This document shows positions 1-8,677 of a stretch of DNA of 44,154 nt, piece by piece (position 1 is the stretch's first letter; each line of letters starts with the position of its first letter). The notes under the pieces are model-generated. The model saw nothing but the letters and a program-made list of their open reading frames with translations. It was not told the DNA's origin and made no database searches. The DNA comes from a virus (lineage: Duplodnaviria > Caudoviricetes). The stretch lies in IMG/VR virus record IMGVR_UViG_3300033407_000038, positions 1 through 44,154 of that record, one strand, 5' to 3'. A program made the position numbers and the translations under genes.

Positions 1-127
1 CCCACTAAAAGTTGCGGTTATAACTCCACTTCCAGGGTCGCCTGTGACTTTAGCATAGGCAACAGCAAAGTTTGAAAACCTATTCGGTCCCGATTGCCAT
101 TGAAAAGAGTCTTGTAAGATAGTCCAC
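1..127. repeat. Terminal direct repeat (identical to 44028-44154); circular assembly overlap
   Basis: Exact 127-nt identity of the two ends; an ORF reads in frame across the join. Confidence 0.97.
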
Positions 128-309
128 GAGTCTATGTTTGCAAGCGTTCCGTTGTCGATGCTATCTATTGTTTGGCTTGAAGCACTTGTCTGACCGATAA
201 AAAGTACCAAAAAACTATCGTCTGCTGGTTCTATTGTTCCAGTGGCAATTGTGGCGTTATTGGCTGAGTCTGTTACGCCTGTTAGAAGATTTGGTGTTGA
301 GAGTGCCAT
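1..309 (-). CDS. 5' part of the giant Ser-rich virion surface/fibre protein; continues across the junction into 44027..39873 (1487 aa total)
   Basis: Manual translation from ATG at 309 gives MALSTPNLLTGVTDSANNATIATGTIEPADDSFLVLFIGQ...VITATFSG|[13 protein letters not shown] with no stop, in frame with the 1378-aa ORF; AGGA upstream. Confidence 0.92.
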   Translation of the reverse strand, partial: MALSTPNLLTGVTDSANNATIATGTIEPADDSFLVLFIGQTSASSQTIDSIDNGTLANIDSWTILQDSFQWQSGPNRFSNFAVAYAKVTGDPGSGVITATFSG

Positions 310-337
310 ATTTTCCTATAAATAACCCTTAAAGATA

Positions 338-367
338 AGGTTACTCAAAATAACTATCTCTAGGCAA
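338..367 (-). promoter_or_regulatory. Putative promoter TTGCCT-N18-TAACCT
   Basis: Same TTGCCT-N18-TAANNT layout as the sites at 16213, 37128 and 39881. Confidence 0.55.
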
Positions 368-371
368 TTTG

Positions 372-2018
372 TTAGGAAACGATTTTAATTAAATCTACAC
401 CCTTACCCCACCCTGGGATTTCGTCTGATTCAGTCCAGTTGATCAAGAGTTGTTGGTTTCGGTACTGTTCTTTACTCCACCTCTGGCCTGTAGGATTGTT
501 GCCGTGTTTTATGTCTACATTTGGAGATGGTGACTTCCAAGTTTCATACTTGAATTTGTTTTTCCACTCCACTCTGCCATGTGTAAATGGCTCGAATCCC
601 ATGTTTCTTATGTAACGATTGAACGTTTTCTCTCTTAATTCTGGTGGTTCGTGCTTTTCGATTCTTTCCCATTCCGCCAAGGCTGTTTCATAGCGTTCTC
701 TAAAATGGGTTAGGGCGGTTTCTCTCCACACACACAATCCAGATAATTGATTCACGTCATAGTGTAGACAGTGACCATCAGTCATTCTTAAATACCAAAC
801 GTTTTGATTATAATAAAATACGTCTTTCTTCTCTGGTACAAAGTCAAAGTGTGACGGGTGGTACAAAACATCATGCTCGGTGAAAAATAATATATCGTCC
901 CTGGTATTCTGGACGGCTGCGAGTATCTGTTTGAACATTGTTAAATAACCCCTCTTAAGAGAAGGGAAGCGGATATTCTTATACCCAAAGTCCATTTTCT
1001 TAAGACTAGAACTTATAATTCCTATCTTTTTCTCTTTGCTGATTCTGTCCAGTCTATCCCTAACTGGCTTTGCTACCTTTTCGTCTAGTTTATTATCCGT
1101 GTAATATATCATCCCCTTAGAGATAGTCCAGTCTGGCGGATTGAACGTGTCTAATATCCACTTAAATTTTCTTTTCGCTAGTGGCCATTTATCTTTTTGA
1201 AACAACTCTCTAGACTTTTCTCGGTTTTCATTTACTTTGTTTTGATCCTGGGGAAAGGGAAAGCCAAAGTCGCCACCCTTAGTCCTGAACATGTGTGCAT
1301 ACCAGGTTTTTCTATTGACCATCACTGAGCCACCAGACAACCAGGTCTTACAGGCTACTTCTACGCCTTGCTGTCCCCAACTGTAGAAGTCTTCACTGCA
1401 TATATCTAGTTCAAACCATTTCTTTTTAGTTACCATGAAACATGATCCCTGAATACTCATCGAGCTTGTAACATCACCCTCTTGTGTGTTTGCCCAATCA
1501 CCCCAATATTGAAAGTGCATGGTCTTATCAAACCTATAGGACTTACTCTGGGGGTTAGTCTTAGCGATCCAAACTATATCCTTAGTTGTGGGCTTGCCAC
1601 ACTCCTCACACTTACCCGATCTGCCCTGGTAGCGTCTGTGGCCATCAGGACAAACCCAATCAAACACGTGCAGGTTTCTCATAATAGGTACTAGCGTCCA
1701 ATCGTCTCTCATTTCAGCTACCATCTTCACATCAAAACCCTTATCAAATGCACAATGTGCGTCAACCTTCATTAGATATTTCCCTCTAGCGATTCTGGCT
1801 GCACTATTAGCTCCCGCCCTCTGACCTACCGATTGCGGATGATAGATTAGAGTTATGCGATCATCAGATAAACTGAAGGGCGGATCAGGTAAATAGCCGT
1901 CTAGAACTACTATAATCTCGGTGTTTCCCTCAATATTTAACAATAGGTCTTCTACTGTCCGTTGTAAAAATTCTTCATTCCTGGCTGGTATTATGACTGA
2001 TAAGTCTACTTTATCCAT
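372..2018 (-). CDS. Two-domain glycosyltransferase: N-terminal GT-A (GT2 / ppGalNAc-T-like) plus a probable second GT-A-like domain
   Basis: SVIIPARNE, EIIVVLDG, KVDAHC (DxH), WGQQGVEVACKTWLSGG, YAHMFR; the C-terminal half has FFTEHDVLY. Confidence 0.88.
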   Translation of the reverse strand: MDKVDLSVIIPARNEEFLQRTVEDLLLNIEGNTEIIVVLDGYLPDPPFSLSDDRITLIYHPQSVGQRAGANSAARIARGKYLMKVDAHCAFDKGFDVKMVAEMRDDWTLVPIMRNLHVFDWVCPDGHRRYQGRSGKCEECGKPTTKDIVWIAKTNPQSKSYRFDKTMHFQYWGDWANTQEGDVTSSMSIQGSCFMVTKKKWFELDICSEDFYSWGQQGVEVACKTWLSGGSVMVNRKTWYAHMFRTKGGDFGFPFPQDQNKVNENREKSRELFQKDKWPLAKRKFKWILDTFNPPDWTISKGMIYYTDNKLDEKVAKPVRDRLDRISKEKKIGIISSSLKKMDFGYKNIRFPSLKRGYLTMFKQILAAVQNTRDDILFFTEHDVLYHPSHFDFVPEKKDVFYYNQNVWYLRMTDGHCLHYDVNQLSGLCVWRETALTHFRERYETALAEWERIEKHEPPELREKTFNRYIRNMGFEPFTHGRVEWKNKFKYETWKSPSPNVDIKHGNNPTGQRWSKEQYRNQQLLINWTESDEIPGWGKGVDLIKIVS

Positions 2019-2770
2019 TTTTCGTTTCTCTTTAATAATGCCTTTGTAATGTCTGGCTTATAACCACAGCTTTCCGACCATGCACACCAAGCGTATACGT
2101 CTTTTGGTACGCACTTCGAGTTTGCCCCTCTATTATCAGGGAATACGAAAGTCCACCAGAGGTTAAATCTCGGATCGTCACCATACACCGCGTCCCTAAT
2201 CGTATAGTAATCTATCCCTGCCTTTTCGCACACATCGTACAACTCCTGACATTGTGCTACTTTGTATGCTATTGCTCTATTTTCAGACAGTTTGATAACT
2301 TCCGCTTCGTCTAATGTAACTTGTCTTATGGTAATGTTGGCGTTGTAGACTGTGGTGTAGAGGTCTATAAGTCGTCTTCTGTCCTTTGGATAACCACCGA
2401 TAATTAAAAATCGCCTCTCTTTGGGGTCTATTAAGGGGTGGTCTACGCTCTCTCCTAGATATTCTGGTTGCATTACAATCCGTTTTTCATACTCTTTAGA
2501 CCATCTGTCGCAATCCCCAGGATTAACTGTAGATCTAACTACCAGTAGATCAGCTTTACACCAACTTATAACCTCTTCCACAATCGAAGTGTCTAGACTT
2601 CCGTTTTCTGAAAGAGGGGTGGGTACAGCTATAAATACTATGTCACATTTGTTTATTTCTTCTTTAGTAAATTGGTAATTAGGAATGTTGACATCATAAA
2701 TTACCGCATCGGGGAATAGTTTGTGCATCGCTTTCCCTACCCATCCGTAACCGACAATTCCTACTCTCAT
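2006..2770 (-). CDS. UDP-glucose/GDP-mannose dehydrogenase family protein (short, lacks the C-terminal domain); probable start 2770
   Basis: GIVGYGWVG Rossmann motif, FIAVPTP, RSTVNPG, PEYL, AEVIKLSEN, SKCVPKD with catalytic Cys; ATGA overlap with the upstream gene at 2767-2770. Confidence 0.88.
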   Translation of the reverse strand: MRVGIVGYGWVGKAMHKLFPDAVIYDVNIPNYQFTKEEINKCDIVFIAVPTPLSENGSLDTSIVEEVISWCKADLLVVRSTVNPGDCDRWSKEYEKRIVMQPEYLGESVDHPLIDPKERRFLIIGGYPKDRRRLIDLYTTVYNANITIRQVTLDEAEVIKLSENRAIAYKVAQCQELYDVCEKAGIDYYTIRDAVYGDDPRFNLWWTFVFPDNRGANSKCVPKDVYAWCAWSESCGYKPDITKALLKRNEKWIK

Positions 2771-3651
2771 ATTATTTTCCTGAGTCCTTCCTCTAGAGTA
2801 TATTTTGGTTTCCATCCCAACATATCACTCGCCTTCCATATATCCGCTTTGGTTGACGGCTCTTCTATTTCGTCCACATATTTGGCTCTAACATTCTTTT
2901 TCATTATCTTACAGATCATGTGATATAAATCATAGACGGTTGTTGCTCTGCCTGACCCGCCATTAAATGTCTGTCCGACTACATCTGTCTCGGCTAACAG
3001 TATTAGTAAGTCAATTACATCGTCAATGTATACAAAGTCTCGGTACTGCTCGCCATCGCCTGTTATGTAAGGCTCAGTGCCAGTTTTAAGTGCTTCTATA
3101 AACTTTGGTATTGCAGCGCCATACATACCTGAAGGATCTTGTCTTTTACCATAGACGTTAAAAGGTCTGACTATATTTATTCCAATTTGTCCGCCAAAGT
3201 ATCGACAGTAAGCCTCTCCTGTTAGCTTGGTTAAACCGTAGGGACTGACTGGTCTTGGAGTTTCGCTCTCTTTTTTGGGGATCACATTACCATAGACGGC
3301 AGCACTTGAGGTAAATACAATTCTTTTAACCTTAGTTTTCTTAGCATTGAGAATAACATTTAATGTGCCGCTTACATTGGTGTTATTTGTTTCCATAGGG
3401 TTGGTGAATGACTCTCTTGGTCTAGTGAGGGCTGCTAGATGGAATACCACATCAACTCGCTCATAGGCTTTCTTGGTATCGTCTAATATACTCTGTCTAA
3501 ACAAGCGAACGTCCTTGCTCCTGGGAAGATTAAGTATCTTACCAGTTGATAGATCGTCAAGCACCACCACTTTATGACCCAGTTTAACTAGCCTTTCGAC
3601 TAGGTGAGATCCTATAAATCCAGCGCCACCCGTTACAAGAATCTTACTCAT
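2767..3651 (-). CDS. NAD-dependent nucleotide-sugar epimerase (WbpP/GalE-like, possible UDP-GlcNAc 4-epimerase)
   Basis: TGGAGFIGSHL, FHLAA, SSAAVYG, YGLTK (YxxxK), FNVYGKRQDPSGMYGAAIPKF, GDGEQYRDFVY. Confidence 0.92.
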   Translation of the reverse strand: MSKILVTGGAGFIGSHLVERLVKLGHKVVVLDDLSTGKILNLPRSKDVRLFRQSILDDTKKAYERVDVVFHLAALTRPRESFTNPMETNNTNVSGTLNVILNAKKTKVKRIVFTSSAAVYGNVIPKKESETPRPVSPYGLTKLTGEAYCRYFGGQIGINIVRPFNVYGKRQDPSGMYGAAIPKFIEALKTGTEPYITGDGEQYRDFVYIDDVIDLLILLAETDVVGQTFNGGSGRATTVYDLYHMICKIMKKNVRAKYVDEIEEPSTKADIWKASDMLGWKPKYTLEEGLRKII

Positions 3652-4058
3652 AAGCGTTTTTTAACCCTATGTGCTAATTGTAAATGCCTGTCCTCCAGTC
3701 CTTCATAGTCTCGGTCTGTAGTAAATGTTTCAAAAGCGTGTACCGCCATACCAATTTCTCTTGCTACTTTCTGTGCGTTTACTACATTCGGTGATGTACC
3801 ACTACAAGATATGGTTATAAGTAGGTCTTCTGGTGTGCCGTACACGTCTAATTGCATTGAGTAAATGTATTCGTAACCATAGTCATTCCCGATCATAGTC
3901 ATTATTGAGACGTTGCTATTAAGACAAATGACGGCAATTCCCTTAGAAAATAGATCGTTAGTCATGTGTTCGGCTGTACTGGCACTACCTCCGTTACCCG
4001 CAATAAACACCATCCGCGCATCTTGAATCAAGCCCACTAGTCTATCTTCTTCTATCAT
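3648..4058 (-). CDS. gmhA: SIS-domain sugar-phosphate isomerase, GmhA (phosphoheptose isomerase)-like
   Basis: GNGGSASTAEH, GNDYGYEYIYSMQ, ISCSGTSPNV, EDRH. Confidence 0.8.
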   Translation of the reverse strand: MIEEDRLVGLIQDARMVFIAGNGGSASTAEHMTNDLFSKGIAVICLNSNVSIMTMIGNDYGYEYIYSMQLDVYGTPEDLLITISCSGTSPNVVNAQKVAREIGMAVHAFETFTTDRDYEGLEDRHLQLAHRVKKRL

Positions 4059-4453
4059 ATTTTCGACCTAGTAAATGATGATGAAAACATATGTTTTCTC
4101 TCATTATAGTAAACCTCTATACCCCTCACTCGGCATATCTCACCACCCGTTAAAAAGCCTCCTCTGTGATCCTCACCTATTATCCTTATATCCAGATGTA
4201 GCGTGCTTAATATGTCCTCTAAATCCTCTTCTGTTTCGTATACTATAATCTCGTCAACATAGACACAGGCTTTTAGTACAATCTGGCGTTCAACAACTGA
4301 CTGAATTGGAGTATTTTTAATTTCTCTTTCTTTTGACGGGTCAGCGTGTAGTCCCACAATTAAATAATCACAAACAGTCTTAGCCTCTTGAAACATAGAA
4401 ATATGACCCGCGTGGAGTAAATCAAATGCACCTGCTGTGAATCCCACTTTCAT
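4055..4453 (-). CDS. Cytidylyl/adenylyltransferase (TagD / HldE-II-like nucleotidyltransferase)
   Basis: GAFDLLHAGH (HxGH motif), LIVGL, ER..VLKACVYVDEI, C-terminal SSS. Confidence 0.88.
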   Translation of the reverse strand: MKVGFTAGAFDLLHAGHISMFQEAKTVCDYLIVGLHADPSKEREIKNTPIQSVVERQIVLKACVYVDEIIVYETEEDLEDILSTLHLDIRIIGEDHRGGFLTGGEICRVRGIEVYYNERKHMFSSSFTRSKI

Positions 4454-4671
4454 AAATCAACCTTTCTTAAGAAGTCGGGTATTCTTGCCAGTACCGCTAG
4501 TATGTCTTTCAAATCGTCACCCTCTGCTATTATTTTTGTATCTTCTGTGTCACTGACTATAAAAACATCTCTATTGTCCCTTCTCCATAATTCTGCTCTG
4601 ACAAGCAAGCCAGCTATCTCTGCTGATCCATAAAACATCTGATGTGCGTTCTTTAATTCGGTGTCAATCAT
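4450..4671 (-). CDS. Hypothetical protein in the glycosylation operon
   Basis: 73-aa ORF overlapping both neighbours. Confidence 0.6.
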   Translation of the reverse strand: MIDTELKNAHQMFYGSAEIAGLLVRAELWRRDNRDVFIVSDTEDTKIIAEGDDLKDILAVLARIPDFLRKVDL

Positions 4672-5527
4672 CTAATGCCTTATAAAGTTTACCGATTGCT
4701 TCTATGTGGTATTTGTCGGATTTAATTAGACAATCTTGCCCAATATTGTCATAAAGAACGTTGTCCGTCCTAAGAATATCAAACTTGTGGAATAACTCTT
4801 CTAGATGATTGACAGGTATGTAGCACTCCTCAACCTCCTCAAATGCAGGCTCATATAGTGCGATTGTGGGTATACCAAAAGATGAGGCATTGACGATCTT
4901 TAATGGGTTTGATAATACTTTTCGATAGGGTCTCCAGACTAGTTGTATATCTATGCTCTGGTAGAATTTAATTATGTCTTCTCTCTCAAAGAACTTAGAA
5001 AACTTTATGAACTCAATTCCCCTAGCTTTGAATCCTGTGTCAATCTCCTCTGGTATGTGGACAAATGACTTCTCTGTGCCGATTATCCCCACTGTTTTAA
5101 CACCAGTCCTGTCTCTAGTAATTTCCTCATAGTTGCAGTGTTGCTGTGGGATAACTACAATTTCGTTCTTAATCGTTGATGCCATGACTTTTTTATCAGC
5201 CTCAGAACAGACTATAACCCCTACTTTGGGATAGTTTTTAGCCAGTTGTCCTAGATTGTGACCGTCAACTATATCAATGTAGGACTTTCTACCCTCAAAG
5301 TTGAAATCCATGTCACCTTTCTTTAGGTGGGGTTTTACATAGATACAAACATCATTCTCATAGCCTGAGTCTGGGTTTAGTTTAGCTCCTATTCTTTCGG
5401 CTATTTGGTCGGCTCTGATAATAGACGACACTCTCATCATGTGACCTCGGCCTTTGTAACTACCTTTGGTATACGGCTGGCCTGAATTGACATTCAAAAA
5501 GGCTGGTTTCGAGAATATTGATATCAT
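4664..5527 (-). CDS. Putative GT-B (GT4-like) glycosyltransferase
   Basis: C-terminal YQSIDIQL...SNPLKIVNASSFGIPTIA resembles the GT-B donor-binding motif; operon context. Confidence 0.6.
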   Translation of the reverse strand: MISIFSKPAFLNVNSGQPYTKGSYKGRGHMMRVSSIIRADQIAERIGAKLNPDSGYENDVCIYVKPHLKKGDMDFNFEGRKSYIDIVDGHNLGQLAKNYPKVGVIVCSEADKKVMASTIKNEIVVIPQQHCNYEEITRDRTGVKTVGIIGTEKSFVHIPEEIDTGFKARGIEFIKFSKFFEREDIIKFYQSIDIQLVWRPYRKVLSNPLKIVNASSFGIPTIALYEPAFEEVEECYIPVNHLEELFHKFDILRTDNVLYDNIGQDCLIKSDKYHIEAIGKLYKALDD

Positions 5528-6015
5528 TTGATGTATTTATCTACTATTTGTTGTACTGTCATTGGCTGGCCTGTAATATTTAATTCACAGTTCCAGTCGG
5601 GGATCAGACCAAGCCAATGTTGAAACTCTTTCACATCTATTAAATATCTTGTTGTGTCTTCAATTACTAATGGCTTATCTTCTTTATATCTGTTTCGTAA
5701 GTAATTGATTATAGTGTTGGGATTATTGCCCCAGGTGATGTTGCCTAATCTAACTATGCAATAATCTGGGAAGTTTGACCGCACTAAATGCTCCATTTGT
5801 AGCTTGTGTTGTTGGTATCGGCCTGTTTTATAGAATATAGACAATGAGCCGAAATAGACCAATCGTAGCGTCTTTGGCATGCTTAACAAGATATCTTTTT
5901 CTATGTTATACATTTCCTCTCTGGTCTCTTGACTGTTACTGACTCCCATAGCAAAATATAACAGATCGTCTCTGTCTATTAGCGCACTCGCTAGATCTCC
6001 CTTACCAACAATCAT
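5524..6015 (-). CDS. Short NAD(P)-dependent epimerase/dehydratase-like protein; probable start 6015
   Basis: MIVGKGDLASAL, FAMGVSNS, VYFGSLSI, YQQHK (YxxxK), IVRLGNI; ATGA overlap. Confidence 0.65.
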   Translation of the reverse strand: MIVGKGDLASALIDRDDLLYFAMGVSNSQETREEMYNIEKDILLSMPKTLRLVYFGSLSIFYKTGRYQQHKLQMEHLVRSNFPDYCIVRLGNITWGNNPNTIINYLRNRYKEDKPLVIEDTTRYLIDVKEFQHWLGLIPDWNCELNITGQPMTVQQIVDKYIK

Positions 6016-6650
6016 TTTACAAACATCCATCCTGGGTTATCCCTACCGAATGTGGGGTCTTTAATATTATTCTCTAGAACAAAGAAGGGTTTGATGTTAT
6101 GAGCCATCACATAGGCGTCCACAACGGGTTTAACGTGTACTGGGTGGCGTTGTCTACCCTTATCTAGATAAGCACCGTGGAATTTATAATCATGACCGAA
6201 CACTATCCCACCTGGTCTGACCTTCTTTGCCCACTCTGACACGTCCATAGCCACATTAACAAAGTTATGAGCGCCGTCTATGTAGACAAAATCTAGTGAC
6301 TCATCTTCAAAGTGTCTTAAGGCTTTCATGCTAAATTCTTTGTGGAAGACTACTTTGTAGGGTTTTAGTCGTTTAATGGCTTCCTGGTACACTTCCTCTA
6401 TATTAGAATACTCCTCATACCCTGGGTACTGCTCCCAAATATCAACACAATGTAGCTTAACTCCTGGGTTTTCCCTGCATAGAATTTCAGCGTGTATACC
6501 CTCTGCTACTCCAATCTCTGCGCCTTCTTTACAATCAAAATCATATAAAGTCTGAGCCATGATTGTTCGGTTTATATCACCTATTATCAGCCTGTCACCA
6601 GGATTAGGTATTGGTTTGAACTTGGCTAGTATAAATTCTAATGTTGTCAT
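6012..6650 (-). CDS. Class I SAM-dependent methyltransferase (Methyltransf_24-like); probable start 6650
   Basis: GAEIGVAEG, CVDIW, SLDFVYIDGAH, VRPGGIVFGHDY. Confidence 0.88.
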   Translation of the reverse strand: MTTLEFILAKFKPIPNPGDRLIIGDINRTIMAQTLYDFDCKEGAEIGVAEGIHAEILCRENPGVKLHCVDIWEQYPGYEEYSNIEEVYQEAIKRLKPYKVVFHKEFSMKALRHFEDESLDFVYIDGAHNFVNVAMDVSEWAKKVRPGGIVFGHDYKFHGAYLDKGRQRHPVHVKPVVDAYVMAHNIKPFFVLENNIKDPTFGRDNPGWMFVK

Positions 6651-7297
6651 CTTTTCACCCAGAACCACGATCTGTATTTATCCCGCTTCCAGCCATCGTG
6701 ATACTCCATCGCACCGACTACAAAATAGGGGATCATGCGGTAACACCTGGTATAAGCCTCTAGTACCCGCTTAACGTGGTTGTGTTTCTTATAGGAGAAG
6801 TAAGCGTAGTCATGCCCAGATAATATTCCCCCAGGTCTTATTTTCTTCTTCCAAGCGTCTATATCCTGAGTAACATTGAGAAAATCATGATTGCCGTCTA
6901 TGTACACAAAGTCTAAAGAGTTATCGTGGAAGTGTTGGCTGGCTCTGACAGAGTAGTCTCTGATAATGGTTGTCCTGTGGGCATAGGGTTTCAGTCTGTA
7001 AACTGTCTCTTCATAATACTTATCCCAGAGTGGCTGTTCGTAATCAACAGCATCAATTCCTGGCGCGTAGGCTAGGGTACTCCATGGGTCTACACAACTA
7101 AGGTGTAGGTTAGGGTTAGCTTTCAATAACACTTCAGAATAACGACCCTTCTCTACCCCAACTTCTACTCCCTTTTCAAACTCCAATTCTGCAAATAAGT
7201 CTGCCAGACCATCCCGATCCATGTTGGGAATATCAATCACGTATTTATGCTTCGGACTGATGTTGTGTTTCCTTAAGATATATCTATATGTGTCCAT
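6647..7297 (-). CDS. Class I SAM-dependent methyltransferase (Methyltransf_24-like), paralogue of the adjacent gene
   Basis: GVEVGVEKG, CVDPW, SLDFVYIDGNHD, IRPGGILSGHDY. Confidence 0.88.
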   Translation of the reverse strand: MDTYRYILRKHNISPKHKYVIDIPNMDRDGLADLFAELEFEKGVEVGVEKGRYSEVLLKANPNLHLSCVDPWSTLAYAPGIDAVDYEQPLWDKYYEETVYRLKPYAHRTTIIRDYSVRASQHFHDNSLDFVYIDGNHDFLNVTQDIDAWKKKIRPGGILSGHDYAYFSYKKHNHVKRVLEAYTRCYRMIPYFVVGAMEYHDGWKRDKYRSWFWVKR

Positions 7298-8169
7298 TAC
7301 AACTCCTTCCAGTTGTCAGGCCATGTCGGCATGGGCATAAATTTATCTACAAACTGCTCGAACGTCATTTTCTTTTCAGGCCAGGTGTCATCCCACTTGT
7401 CACCAACGAAGTATCTAGCTGCTATATCGTAACTCTTGTTCTCCTGTGCTTTGTCCATGTGATAACCCCGCTTATTGCCCTGCTGATGTAAATGGGCATA
7501 CCAAGTATTCTTATTGACCATACACTTACCACCTGCTAACCAGTTCTTTAGTGCTAACCATATAGGCTCTTGTGCGTGTCCGTAGGGGTCTATGTTGGGA
7601 AACCCACCTAATTCAAAATATCTGTCCTTAGTCATAAACCAACCTGATCCGTGTATCTGTGGTGTTTCGTCAATCAAAGTATCTAACCTTTCATTTGTTC
7701 TTGACTTCCAGTGTCCACCTGCTTTGAATCTGAATCCTTTGGGATCGGTGAACGGGCAACACAGGTGGAAGTAGTCGTAGAACTCTTCCTGACCATCCCT
7801 CATTTGTATACTCCAATCGTCTTTGATTATCTTGAAGCGAGGCATTACAATCCAATCATCTTGCATGTCGGCTTGCAGTATCTCGTCAAAGCCCTTGCCA
7901 AAGCGACAATGCGCGTCTGACTTGTAGAGGTATTTTCCAGTAGCCATAGCGGCCATGGCGTTTATATTGGTCTTGATACCTACAACGTCGGGAAATTCAA
8001 TTACTTTTAAGTTTGGATAATAACGCCAATACACATAGTTATAAGGCCCATCAAATCCTACAATAACTTCATACTCTCCCGTAGCATTTTCATATATACT
8101 CTCAAGAGTCCTATATAAGTTTTCCTCTTTCTCTCCCCTTGCTGGTATCAATATGCTAACTTTACTCAT
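7297..8169 (-). CDS. GT-A glycosyltransferase (GT2 / ppGalNAc-T-like)
   Basis: VSILIPARGE, KSDAHC, PQIHGSGWFM, YFELGGF, LKNWLAGG, YAHLH. Confidence 0.88.
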   Translation of the reverse strand: MSKVSILIPARGEKEENLYRTLESIYENATGEYEVIVGFDGPYNYVYWRYYPNLKVIEFPDVVGIKTNINAMAAMATGKYLYKSDAHCRFGKGFDEILQADMQDDWIVMPRFKIIKDDWSIQMRDGQEEFYDYFHLCCPFTDPKGFRFKAGGHWKSRTNERLDTLIDETPQIHGSGWFMTKDRYFELGGFPNIDPYGHAQEPIWLALKNWLAGGKCMVNKNTWYAHLHQQGNKRGYHMDKAQENKSYDIAARYFVGDKWDDTWPEKKMTFEQFVDKFMPMPTWPDNWKEL

Positions 8170-8677
8170 GGGTTATCTTGATGATCCGATCATCGTACCT
8201 TTTGCTAAATTCTTTTACCTCAATCTTATAATCACTCAATGCCTTGGCTACTCTGGGACTGGCCACGTCTTCGATTATATAAATCACCCCTGGGTCTAAC
8301 ACTGACATCAAAGAGGTGGCGGTGTATATCTGGTGATCTGGTATGTGTGAGCCATCGTCAACTACTAAGTCAATATCTGTACCAGTATGGTCTATTAAGT
8401 TAAGTAAATCACTGTTAGAGTATTGGTCGCACTCATAAGTTATAATCCTATCTTCGCTGATTACCCTATCTGGGTCTATTTCAGCGCCATATATCATGGC
8501 ATTAGGAAAGAAGTCTCGAAACATCCTCATCCCAGCACCTTCAGCCACTCCAATCTCTAACACTTTACTTACACTATTCTTACGATCTTTGAACAAATCG
8601 TAGTAATAGGGGGAGTACGAGTGTTTCCCCCATTTATCCGTGCCGTGTTTAACGGCTAATTTTGTTAGTTCGTCCAT
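8162..8677 (-). CDS. SAM-dependent O-methyltransferase (MycE/TylE-like sugar O-methyltransferase family)
   Basis: GTDKWGKHSY, VLEIGV, DLVVDDGSH, GVIYIIED. Confidence 0.8.
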   Translation of the reverse strand: MDELTKLAVKHGTDKWGKHSYSPYYYDLFKDRKNSVSKVLEIGVAEGAGMRMFRDFFPNAMIYGAEIDPDRVISEDRIITYECDQYSNSDLLNLIDHTGTDIDLVVDDGSHIPDHQIYTATSLMSVLDPGVIYIIEDVASPRVAKALSDYKIEVKEFSKRYDDRIIKITHE

